Positions 23,401 through 34,199 of a stretch of 64,000 nt of DNA are shown here, piece by piece. Positions within the stretch are counted from its first letter, which is position 1; every line of letters starts with the position of its first letter. Both the position numbers and the translations under genes were made by a program. The notes under the pieces were generated by a model, which saw nothing but the letters and a program-made list of their open reading frames with translations, did no database searches and had not been told where the DNA came from. Source of the DNA: Macrostomum lignano (lineage: Eukaryota); contig NIVC01000903.1 in the NCBI GenBank assembly GCA_002269645.1, positions 486,885 to 550,884 on the forward strand, given 5' to 3'.

Positions 23401-26400
23401 TCTCGTGGATCCTACTCAGGCTAAAGACTTTCTGAGTGACCCTCGTAAGAATAACCGTTAGGAATGACGATTGACCTGCTAGGGGATTTAGGGAGGGCGA
23501 GTGACTTTCACACACTACGAGTACCAGTTAGAAAGGCCGAGTGACCTAGACCTACTAGGAGTCCCAGTTAGAGGCCGAATGACCTAGACCCACTGAGAGT
23601 ACCAGTTAGAAAGGCCGAGTGACCTAGACCTACTAGGAGTCCCAGTTAGAGGCCGAATGACCTAGACCCACTGAGAGTGCCATCTAGACAGGCCGAGTGA
23701 CCTAGCCCCACTGAGAGTGCCATTTAGAGAGGCCGAGTGACCTAGACCTACTGAGAGTGCCATCTAGAGAGGCCGAGTGACCTAGACCCACTGAGAGTAA
23801 CAATTAGAGAGGCCGAGTGACCTAGGCCCACTGAGAGTAACAATTAGAGAGGCCGAGTGACCTAGACCCACTGAGAGTAACAATTAGAGAGGCCGAGTGA
23901 CCTAGACCCACTGAGAGTGCCAATTAGAGAGGCCGAGTGACCTAGACCCACTGAGAGTAACAATTAAAGAGGCCGAGTGACCTAGAGCCACTTAGAGTGC
24001 CAGTTAGAGGCCGAGTGACCCAGACCCACTGAGAGTACTGAGAGTGCCAATTAGAGAGGCCGAATGACATAGACCCACTGAGAGTGCCAATTAGAGAGGC
24101 CGAGTGATCTAGACCCACTGAGAGTAACAATTAGAGAGGCCGAATGACCTAGACCCACTGAGAGTGCCAATTAGAGAGGCCAAGTGACCTAGACCCACTG
24201 AGAGTGCCAATTAGAGAGGCCGAGTGACCTAGACCCACTGAGAGTGCCAATTAGAGAGGCCGAATGACCTAGACACACTGAGAGTGCCAATTAGAGAGGC
24301 CGAGTGACCTAGACCCACTGAGAGTGGCAATTAGAGAGGCCGAGTGACCTAGACCCACTGAGAGTAACAATTAGAGAGGCCGAGTGACCTAGACCCACTG
24401 AGAGTAACAATTAGAGAGGCCGAATGACCTAGAGCCACTTAGAGTGCCAGTATTGAATACTCGCTAAACTTTGAAAATATTCCGCAGCTGTCAATCGACG
24501 ATCTGATCGCCTCGGGCAGTCCTGGCGGCGCTCGAACGCCTCCGTCGCCGAAGTCGCCGCCAGCTGGGGAAGCCTCGGCATCGGGAGGCGCCGAGAGTTC
24601 TGGCGTGCAGGCCGCCAAGGGCCCCGAGCCCGACCTGGTTGTTGTGTACGATCAGTGCTCAGATCGGCCGCCAATTGAAGCGGGCGATTCCAGCTTCCTA
24701 ATGCTGCTGATGCAGCGCCTGGTGCGACAGTACAAAGCTGTCCGCCTGCTGCAGGGTGAGGCTGCTGATGACTCACTGCCCCCTCTCCCTCTCTCTCAAG
24801 CCGGCTTCTTTTGAAGTTATGATCTGTAGTTGAGTGGATGGACGATCTAGATAATTTCAATTTTCCTCCCAACAACTAACTATAGGATGAATTGAACTTT
24901 TTTGTAACCATTTACAATCCCCTTCTGAGTCACTTCGAATGGGGGGAAGTGGATCCTGTTTCTGGACTCGGAAATCGGTTCTGAATAGAAGTGGCCGCGC
25001 CTGGTCCTAGGAATTTATCTATCCGCATGTGTGCGCGCAGTCATAGCGTTCAGATACAGTCCTAGATTTTAGCTATGACTAACAATCTTTGTTTAAGTGC
25101 TTTAAAGCGTTTAATCCAAGCGCTCGTGTCTGTCCCTGTCTTTCTAATGCTGTCTTGGGTTTGGCGGTCCACCCCGGCAGTTACTAGCTGAAGTAGCTAA
25201 TTACTCATCTTATTGCTTAGTCACAATTTAGCCGCTTTATTTCGGCACCCACCCGCCAACTATATAGACTTTGCTAGTTTTTGTTGTTTGTACGACATCT
25301 TGAATAGCTTTGGAGGTATCACCCGAGTTGTCTTTGTCTTATCATATTTTCATGCCCAAGTTGCTAGTTTGTTCCCAGTTGTCTCATTGGGTGAGATTTT
25401 GAGACTTCTGTGTCTCACGGTTGAGATTTTGGGACCTCTGTGTCTCATTGGGTGAGATTTTGAGACTTCTGTGTCTCACGGTTGAGATTTTGGGACCTCT
25501 GTGTCTCATTGGGTGAGATTTTAAGACTTCTGTGTCTCACGGGTGAGATTTTGGGACCTCTGTGTCTCATTGGGTGAGATTTTGAGACTTCTGTGTCTCA
25601 CGGGTGAGATTTTGGGACCTCTGTGTCTCATTGGGTGAGATTTTAAGACTTCTGTGTCTCACGGGTGAGATTTTGGGACCTCTGTGTCTCATTGGGTGAG
25701 ATTTTGAGACTTCTGTGTCTCACGGGTGAGATTTTGGGACCTCTGTGTCTCATTGGGTGAGATTTTGGGACTTTTGTGTCTCATTAGGTGAGATCTTGGG
25801 ACCTCTGTGTCTCATTGGGTGAGATTTTGAGACTTCTGTGTCTCACGGGTGAGATTTTGGGACCTCTGTGTCTCATTGGGTGAGATTTTGAGACTTCTGT
25901 GTCTCACGGGTGAGATTTTGGGACCTCTGTGTCTCATTGGGTGAGATTTTGAGACTTCTGTGTCTCACGGGTGAGATTTTGGGACCTCTGTGTCTCATTG
26001 GGTGAGATTTTGAGACTTCTGTGTCTCACGGTTGAGATTTTGGGACCTCTGTGTCTCATTGGGTGAGATTTTGAGACTTCTGTGTCTCACGGGTGAGATT
26101 TTGGGACCTCTGTGTCTCATTGGGTGAGATTTTGAGACTTCTGTGTCTCACGGGTGAGATTTTAGGACTGCTGTGTCTTACAGATTGCGTCTATTTAAAG
26201 TATTTTTGCATGCTTTTTAGGTTGCTTGAAAATAAGAAATTGGTTGGGTAGCAGGTGCTTAGCTGCTATTGACGGCAACTCCTTGTTATTCCTTTGAAGC
26301 AGCAGACTCGCGCCGCAGCTTTCCTCCCGAGTTGGGAGTCAGTTGTCTCTGTTGATTAAAAAGTAGATTATAAAAATGCAAAAAAAAATTGGATATGGGG

Positions 26401-29400
26401 AGCCTATTTAGACCGGTTATTAATCCACTGGTTGATAATCTGGCAGTTCGCATGAGTCACCAAATTGAAATATGGCCATAGCCAGACTGTATACAATACG
26501 CAGGTCCTTCCTGTTTCATATATCGGCCATTTTATTTATGTTTGTTATACTACGGCTTAATCAAGGACAGCTAAGTAGTATTCTGGTTTCTTAGAAAATT
26601 TTGAGAGCTCATTGTTTTGTGATGGAATAAACGAATAAATGAAAATTTCCTATCTCCGTAGTGTATTTTCCTGCGCAAACCCAGTCCTGCTCAAGTCGTC
26701 CTTGGTCTTGTGGGTTAATGTTACAACAACTGAGTCATTGCGCTTGTTTAAGGAGGCCGCACTATTAGCTAATAATATTTATCAAGTGCTGCTCTGCGGC
26801 TGACGAATTGTCAACGCTTTGTAGTGAGCTGGCACGTGCGCGCAGTCATATGATGTCAACACATCCAGCGCACTCTCAGCCCGTCCAATGTATTTTTTTG
26901 TTTAAAAAAAGAAACTCAACGCGCTTAGTCAGATTCTCTGTTCAACTGGCGACAGGGGCCGCTCGGGGGGGGGGGGGTAGCCCCGCTGCGTTGGCCTTAG
27001 CAACGGGAGTGGGCTTGGTTGGCAACGCTACGGAGATTCCCCCCTCTCAACCCCACCCCCACGTCCCCTTATTGTCGCCCGCCCACTTAGTCAGCATTTC
27101 AGCCTCTCAGTTCTAATTAAATACTGCCGCTGGGTACATTGCTTGTGCGTGTTTCTCTTTTTCTAAAACCTATTCGGGAGAGAGGGCGGCGTTGCACATT
27201 GCTATAGTGATAGTCGCTCGCTGATTTGCTAAGGCTGTCCACTGAGGGAGAGAGAGCAGAGTGCGCCCGCCTCACACCCCTTGCATTTATCTTTTCTATA
27301 ACTTATTCGACTCTCGGGATAGGAGGGTGCGAGTTATATCAACACGCGGCCATATTGCTCTGTCACCCTGTCCTCCTGTCCGCCCAGTCATCATTTTTTA
27401 TTAATCTTCTACTGTGATCGATTTGCCCGTCACGATTTGCAATAAGCATGCTTGAAAATCGTGGCGGTACCGGCGGCGGCGTTAACGCCATCGTCACAGA
27501 TCAGCCCCCGGCCGCCTCTGTCGTAGTCAATAGGCCCCGGCCTCCCTGTCGATTGTCCCTATCGACGCCAATGGCCGCTGCTTTAGCCTCTCCGTTGAGC
27601 CCAATCTCGGCTAATCCATGCGTTACCATGGCAACAACGCCGACAACAAATTTGGCGCGAAAGCGTCGCACCTGTATGGGTAAGAATCGATTCAAAAAGG
27701 ATTAGCTAGGGCCCCTAATTGCCGTAGAATCCTCATTAGAAGCTGGGGTGTGGCTTGCATTTTGTCACTCTGCGCTGCTCCCATCGCTCAGCCCCGCTCC
27801 AATCTGCTTTGCTTTGGTTTTGACTATTTTCTGCCGCTTTTTTGCTATCTTAGCAAAATCTTGTAACCATTTTGATAGCTCAAACAGAGATTTTATAACT
27901 GTCCCGTGCGTGTCTAGCTATTTCCTATATCAGGCTTAGCTGCTTCCTATATCAGATAATCAGGCTTAGCTACTTCTATATCAGGCTTTGCTGTTTCACA
28001 TATCAGTCTTAGCTATTTCACATATCAGGCTTAGCTATTTCCTATATCAGGCTGTGCTACTTCCTATATCAGGTTGAGCTACTTCCTATATCAGGCTTAG
28101 CTATTTCCTATATCAGGCTTAGCTATTTCCTATATCAGGCTGTGCTACTTCCTATATCAGGCTTAGCTATTTCCTATATCAGGCTTAGCTATTTCCTATA
28201 TCAGGCTGTGCTACTTCCTATATCAGGCTTAGCTATTTCCTATATCAGGCTGAGCTACTTCCTATATCAGGCTGAGCTACTTACTATATCAGGCTTAGCT
28301 ATTTCCTATATCAGGCTGAGCTACTTCCTATATCAGGTTGAGCTACTTCCTATATCAGGCTTAGCTATTTCCTATATCAGGCTTAGCTATTTCCTATATC
28401 AGGCTGTGCTACTTCCTATATCAGGCTTAGCTATTTCCTATATCAGGCTGAGCTACTTCCTATATCAGGCTGAGCTACTTCCTATATCAGGCTGAGCTAC
28501 TTACTATATCAGGCTGAGCTACTTACTATATCAGGCTTAGCTATTTCCTATATCAGGCTGAGCTACTTCCTATATCAGGTTGAGCTACTTCCTATATCAG
28601 GCTTAGCTATTTCCTATATCAGGCTTAGCTATTTCCTATATCAGGCTGTGCTACTTCCTATATCAGGCTTAGCTATTTCCTATATCAGGCTTAGCTATTT
28701 CCTATATCAGGCTGTGCTACTTCCTATATCAGGCTTAGCTATTTCCTATATCAGGCTGAGCTACTTCCTATATCAGGCTGAGCTACTTACTATATCAGGC
28801 TTAGCTATTTCCTATATCAGGCTGAGCTACTTCCTATATCAGGTTGAGCTACTTCCTATATCAGGCTTAGCTATTTCCTATATCAGGCTTAGCTATTTCC
28901 TATATCAGGCTGTGCTACTTCCTATATCAGGCTTAGCTATTTCCTATATCAGGCTGAGCTACTTCCTATATCAGGCTGAGCTACTTCCTATATCAGGCTG
29001 AGCTACTTACTATATCAGGCTGAGCTACTTACTATATCAGGCTTAGCTATTTCCTATATCAGGCTGAGCTACTTCCTATATCAGGTTGAGCTACTTCCTA
29101 TATCAGGCTTAGCTATTTCCTATATCAGGCTTAGCTATTTCCTATATCAGGCTGTGCTACTTCCTATATCAGGCTTAGCTATTTCCTATATCAGGCTTAG
29201 CTATTTCCTATATCAGGCTGAGCTACTTCCTATATCAGGCTGAGCTACTTCCTATATCAGGCTGAGCTACTTCCTATATCAGGCTTAGCTATTTCCTATA
29301 TCAGGTTTAGCTACTTCTCAGAATCATGTCAACACTGTTACCAGCCTTTCTACTGTGAACTGGGTTTTTATTATGAAAAATCTTCTCACCTCTAGGCGGC

Positions 29401-31463
29401 TTCCTCAGCTTCTCGGCCGGCTATCCGCAGCACTGCGAGTCCAAGACCAGCCAGGACCCGGAGGCTAGCGAGAAACCCGCAGCTGAGCCTTCCGCTGTCA
29501 GCCAGGGCCCGACTCGGGTGCTCAACTTTCTGTACGTCGGTTCGCAAGCCGACGCTCTAGACGAGGAGGTAATCAGACGGCACGGCATCACGCACATCCT
29601 GAACGTCAGCTCCTCCTGTCCGCAGTCTCGGCACGTGTCGCCTGATAATTTTCTACGCATCTCCGTTAACGATGGTTATGTTGACAGGCTGTTGCCGCAT
29701 TTTCAACAGGCGTTTCAGTTTCTTGGTGAGCAATTCTTTTCATTAACATTTTTAATGGAGTTAACGATACCTACTAGCTCAGCGACTCTCGCGCCACGAA
29801 CCCTGGTTCGATTCCTTGTGCGGCCACATCAGACGGTTAGAAAATCAGGGCCGCTGTACACATGACTCAAAAAACTGTAATGTGACAGAGAGGCGACTGA
29901 CTCTCTAGATAAACTCTAGATATAGTTTTCATAAATGCAAAATGCGATTCTTATTCATAAGTGACGCAGATGGCTTTAGACGCAACTCAGTGATTCCACA
30001 GCGACTCGGGCATGCCTCAGATCCGACTCTGCGGCCCCCCGAGTCATTATAGAAGCGCCCCAGAGTCGTTTCAGAGTCGCAGGCAATAAAACATCTCAAA
30101 TTTATCTTTGACGACTACTTGGCAACTTTTACCGTGGCATCTCGTCGTTTTAGAGTTGTCTGGAGACACTTCTTTCCTAGTTTACCTGGGTTACCTGTAA
30201 CGCCTTTGAAACGTTAAATGAGTGTGGCCGCGCACGCAATCGAACCCACGTACCACTGAGCTACTCCGCCCCATCCCATAGAAAGGCTTGGCTTTCTTAG
30301 GCTCGTCTCAGTTTGCATTCGCCATTCCATCGGTCCTTCAATTCAGAAAATGTCCGCGAAACGTCCGGCCGCTGTCTCGTCCACTGCCTGGCCGGCATCT
30401 CGCGGTCGCCCACGCTGTCGATCGCCTATATTATGAAGCACAAGAAGATGTCTCATGAGGACGCCTACAAGTAGGAATTTGTTAATTATTATTATTTCAA
30501 TTGTGTAATATTAGTTTCTGTAGGGAAATGTTTCATTTACTTTGCTATCCACATTTCCGCAGATTTGTCAAAGAGAAGCGAACCAACATATCGCCAAACT
30601 TTAACTTCCTGGGCCAGCTGCTTGAATTCGAAAAGCAATTGAAACGTTCGGAGAGCTTCTCCGAAGCCGCCTCGCCATCCGGCGGCGGTGGCGGCAGCGG
30701 CGGAGACGGCAGCGACTGTTGGGAGGCGAAACGACAGCGCACGACCGTTGCGAGCAGCCGCAGCCAGCCAGCGGGCTTCCTCCGGCCGCCGCCGCCTCCG
30801 CCGCTGCCAGCCTCGGCACAGAGTCCCACCACGGCGCTATCGCGGCTGTCCTTCACGCCGTGCGCCTCGGCGGCCGCCCTTCAACATCACAACCACCTGC
30901 CGGACTTTCCCGGCACCAGCCTGGAGCAGGTGGCCGTCACGCCCTGCCGGTCCGCCGCCGCTGCCACCTGCTCCGCTCCACCTACTCCGCCACCTCCGCT
31001 CACGTCGGCTCTGCCTCCGCCGCCGCCGCCTCCGGCGCCAGTTCGCACCACCAGCCGTCGAGTCAGCGGCCAACAGGCATCGGCAGGCAGCGGATCTTCG
31101 GCAGCCTCGCCGGCAGCGTCTTCGAATAGCGGGCAAGCCAGCCGACCTCACAGCGTTGTGCTGTCGGCTGCCTCTGCCGCCGCCGCTGTTCGCAAGAGCC
31201 AATCGGAGAATCACCTGCTCAGCGAGGAGGACGATCGAAGCAGCGGCAGCAGCAGCAGTTTGGCGGCCACTTATGCAGCGGCGGCTGCGGCGGCGGCTGC
31301 TGCGGCGGCGGCTGCAGCCGTGGCGGACGGCGGCCGGTCCCGCTCAACGGAGAACCTGGCAGCTGACGCGGCCTGCGCGGCTAGCGGCGGCAGCATGAAG
31401 TCGCTGTCTAGTAGCGCTTCTAATGGGTCCCACGGCAGTCAGGAGATTCTCACCTATTCATAG
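17496..31463 (+). CDS. DUSP16: Dual-specificity MAPK phosphatase, DUSP8/16 (MKP7-like); join(17496..17561,17763..17873,24488..24755,29396..29725,30347..30470,30563..31463); start exon probably 11813..11818
   Basis: Phase-consistent GT-AG junctions. Rhodanese/KIM domain LLLIDCRSFLEFNTSCIRGAINVCCSRLVRKRLQQGK..VVVYDQCS..LLQGGF. Catalytic domain with VNDGY (general acid Asp), VHCLAGISRS and KRTNISPNFNFLGQL, then a low-complexity tail. DUSP8 versus DUSP16 cannot be resolved by eye. Confidence 0.9.
18960..19215. repeat. About 35-bp minisatellite, about 7 degenerate copies
   Basis: Unit atgagcattttcaactgggatgatcattgctcatt. Confidence 0.9.
20066..20410 (+). mobile_element. tRNA-derived SINE
   Basis: ggggccgTAGTCTAGTG (A box) and GGCTCGATTCC (B box) head, about 280 bp body, A-rich end taataaagaaataa. 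Confidence 0.5.
22136..23445 (-). mobile_element. Full-length mariner DNA transposon (1310 bp) in a phosphatase intron
   Basis: About 30-bp TIRs (CGAGGGTCACTCAGAAAGT..., 3 mismatches), TA on both sides (22134-35, 23446-47), and an intact transposase ORF. Confidence 0.95.
22200..23261 (-). CDS. Mariner transposase, 353 aa, DD34D
   Basis: Uninterrupted ORF with WIPHQL (WVPHEL-like), TGDETW, HHDNA and YSPDLAPCD. There are exactly 34 residues between the second and third Asp. Confidence 0.95.
   Translation of the reverse strand: MKLENRDFRAMMYLHFKQGKSPAESYQTLQNVFTHVCPSYATVKNWFAEFRRGRESLEDEHRSGRPCDAVTPENICAVSSMIAADRRVTYQQIQQEIGIGSGSVHAIMHEHLGVRKLASRWIPHQLSEVQKDTRVAWCRFMLQKFESGTSRRIWDILTGDETWIYQYDPESKRQSAMWTFGDEDSPTKFRRSRSVGKQMVACFLMRTGYVASVSLKDRQTVTADWYTTVCLPKVFSAVSQRRPRCGMRGVLLHHDNASAHTAAPTLEFLADCGVQLMTHPAYSPDLAPCDFFLFPKCKEILKGQVFSSPEEAVNEFKNIIEELRDEDWRQCFDSWFHKMQACINAGGEYFEHL
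23493..24440. repeat. 40-bp minisatellite, about 23 copies
   Basis: Unit gagaggccgagtgacctagacccactgagagtgccaatta. It ends about 45 nt before the 24487 acceptor. Confidence 0.95.
25381..26182. repeat. Alternating 30/31-bp (61-bp dimer) minisatellite
   Basis: tgagattttgagacttctgtgtctcacggg alternates with tgagattttgggacctctgtgtctcattggg. Confidence 0.95.
27448..27679 (+). CDS. Alternative (probably first) coding exon of the MAPK phosphatase, 77 codons + 1 nt
   Basis: ATG at 27448 opens a GC-rich frame to ATG G|GTAAG (27679/27680). The phase-1 donor matches the phase-1 acceptor at 29395/29396. A GC-rich promoter-like region lies upstream (about 26750-27440). Confidence 0.6.
27914..29320. repeat. 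22-bp minisatellite, about 64 copies, with 506-bp higher-order duplication
   Basis: Unit gcttagctatttcctatatcag. Identical repeat-derived ORFs start at 28142 and 28648 (offset 506 = 23 x 22). Confidence 0.95.
29775..30272. mobile_element. Two related tRNA-derived SINE heads in inverted orientation
   Basis: Plus strand TAGCTCAGCG..GGTTCGATTCCttgtGCGGCCACA (29775-29828) and minus strand TAGCTCAGTGG..GGTTCGATTGcgtgcGCGGCCACA (30222-30272). Confidence 0.5.
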
Positions 31464-31603
31464 TTGATTAAACACATTAAAGGAATGCTCGTATTCATTT
31501 ATAGCTGACTTCTGTTTGCATGCGTCGGGTAAAAGTGCAAATAGAGAATATCCAGTGACGTTTGTCCTGGTTTTGCAGATTATTCATTAATATGTGAACT
31601 CTG

Positions 31604-31611
31604 AAATAAAA
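31604..31611 (+). terminator. Candidate polyadenylation signal of the phosphatase
   Basis: AATAAA (ctgaaataaaaaaac) about 140 nt after the stop codon. Confidence 0.45.
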
Positions 31612-32584
31612 AAACTACACGCTAGGATTTGATTTATTACTGTTGTACTTTGTCGTCCGTCTCATATTTTTTGTTTGTTTCTGAACCCGGAGATGATTTC
31701 TAATGTGTTTAATATAAACCAGTGGGTGAGGTTTATCTTTGTTGTCAAGCCTAGGATACCCATTCATATTATTATGTGTTGTGTGCTGTACCGTCTGTGA
31801 TTTCTCTACCTTTTCCTTTGTCTTAACACTAAATTATTGGGTGTCTTTATTGTGTAGCAATTAGTCAGTCCAGTGCCTTGTTGGAGCTTATCTGTATGTT
31901 ATGATAGCAGTACTGCAGTTGACTGGAATTCAGCAAATAGTATTAGCTTTACTCTGGTCGTGTATAAAACCGTCCCTGCATACGAACTAACTTATATTTG
32001 TAAGAGATCATTATAGCCTCTGTCGCTTTATATTTATCTGATTTTTTGTCATTTTTTAAAACGACTTGAATCAACTTTGTTAGTCAGCCGAAACTGGCTT
32101 ACTAAATTGCTACAAACTAAACAAGTGTGCTTATCGTCTCTGTCGGTTAACTTGACTTTTTAACCAGGGTACTAGTTTGACCTTAGGAGAGAGGGACAGC
32201 CGATCTTTCTCTAGTGAGTCATACACCCCTCGTCTCTAGCTGCTCTTTGAAGCCTAGATAACTAGCCAAGTTTATAAGATATACCAACCACAAAAATGCA
32301 CTCATCTACTCATTTTTTCAGTAGCAAAATTAGTGTTTTGCCTTTATAATAGTAAAATTAAAAAGTAAATTTAACAAGATTTTGAAACTGAAACAATCAC
32401 ATTGGCTCTCTGCAAGCAGACCCATAATTAAATTAGCATCTTCACCGTGTTTTAAAGACTTCAGACTGACTCAAACTCAAAATCATTTAAAAAGAAATGA
32501 ATTTAAGACTGAAGAATGGAGAAAAATTTGTTAAACTCGAATCTAGTGCGTGTGCATAGTGAGCAAGAGAGAAAAGGGATTGCG

Positions 32585-32862
32585 CCCCAGCCCCCAGCCA
32601 GTCTGACTTTAACCTCTCTCCTTACTGCTTCCTCATTGGCTGACTTAGATTGGGCTTGCCCCCACCACCCGAGGCTGCTTTTCGTTCATCTGACTGTCAC
32701 CTTACCGCTCTCTCATTGGCTGAGCTAGATTGGGCCTGCCTTCAGCCCTGGGCTGATTTTCGTCCGTCTGACTGTCATCTCTTTCCGCACTGCTCTCTCA
32801 TTGGCTGAGCTAGATTAGGCCTTCCCCCAGCCCAATACTGATTTTCGTCCGTCTTGCGTTCA
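32585..32862. repeat. Three diverged direct repeats of about 80 bp carrying ATTGG (reverse CCAAT) boxes
   Basis: ctcATTGGctga(g/c)(c/t)tagATT(G/A)Ggc recurs at about 32633, 32713 and 32798. Confidence 0.75.
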
Positions 32863-34199
32863 ATTTTGCACATCGAGTTGAATGCTTGTTGTTCATTCTT
32901 AACTTCAATATGCTCCTGAGGCCAGAAACTCGGATGAAGAAAAGGCAGTTTTAGCTGCCTCATTTAATTTTAATGACACTGCGCAGACAAACTACTGAAA
33001 AGTAATAGACTCAACTTTTTACGAGTTTAGTTGCGAGTGATATATCCAGTTATTCTAGATTATACTGCCGAAGTAGTAATGCGGAATCTGCATTGTACGA
33101 GCTAGTAAGCGTAATCCTAAAAATGTAGCGGTACGGGGAGCTATAAATCGGTTTGTTTTAATAAAAGAGAGCTCTTTGAATTGCCATAGTTGATAAAATT
33201 GTTAATAAGTGAACAAAAAGTGAATAGATTTTTAAACACAACTTTATTAAAATTGTTGTAAAACTCCGTGTGCCTGCGTTGTGCCCCTTTGACACAGCAG
33301 CAAATCTTGTTTTGCTATATACATATATATAAAGCATGCAGACTCAGGGCCTTAGATTGCTTAACTAAATAGAATACAGAAGATTTTCAGTAACTCCCCC
33401 CCCCTTTTGCCTGTCCCGTATCGCTATTTAAAGTAATGTATTCGTCAATAGCTAGTAGTAAGGATTTTCATCCAAGCCGAAAAAATCTCTGTGATTCTCT
33501 GCTGCTGCTTTGCGTCATTATTCTATTCTGTTAGATAGAATTTGCACCTGCACTAAGCCATGCTCGCATCACTGTCCCGGCTACTGTTTCCAGTGTTATT
33601 CTTGTCATACATTTATATATATATCGATTTCACTGTACCAGTTGGATTGTTTGATTACTTCGCTGTCTCTATCCATCTTTCATGCCATTCTGTCAGGTAT
33701 TATTACTGTCATACTTTATTTGCCTTCTCTCGTACGCCCGCCCAGCCCTCTGTCATACTCTGTCAGAATTTAATAAATCATTCTCTGTAATCGCTGTGCT
33801 ATTTAAATTACCTATCGCCTGTTTATATCTAAGCAGAGAGTGGACTCTGCCGCTATAATAACTATATTATTTCTATTAGTCATTCTACCGGTAGATGTAA
33901 CCGGTATTTTGCCACTTGCGCTCATTGGCGTCATTAAGTTTAATAAAGCATAGCAGCGGCAGCACAGTACTGCATAAAATATGTAGTTTAAGGTACGTCT
34001 ATCTAGTAACTAAATATATTGCATAGAAATTTACTCCCCCGCTGCTCAAACTTTTTAGCACTTTTAAGCACAGTGAATAATAAATATTGACTTGGGGTTT
34101 TTTGCTAACAAAAATGTTTTTTTTGGATTAACAATTGTTTATCTAAGGGACAATTGCGCTTAACAAATGCATGTACACACATTGTACCTTGAATCGCCC

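Noticed and set aside
23493-29320. CRISPR-like regular repeats
   Set aside because: The units are contiguous with no unique spacers, there are no cas genes, and the context is eukaryotic intron.
30545-31398. Several overlapping sense/antisense Arg/Ala-rich ORFs (similar ones at 5417-6329, 39580-40674, 52419-52724, 53256-53844)
   Set aside because: Shadow ORFs of GC-rich exons of the genes already called.
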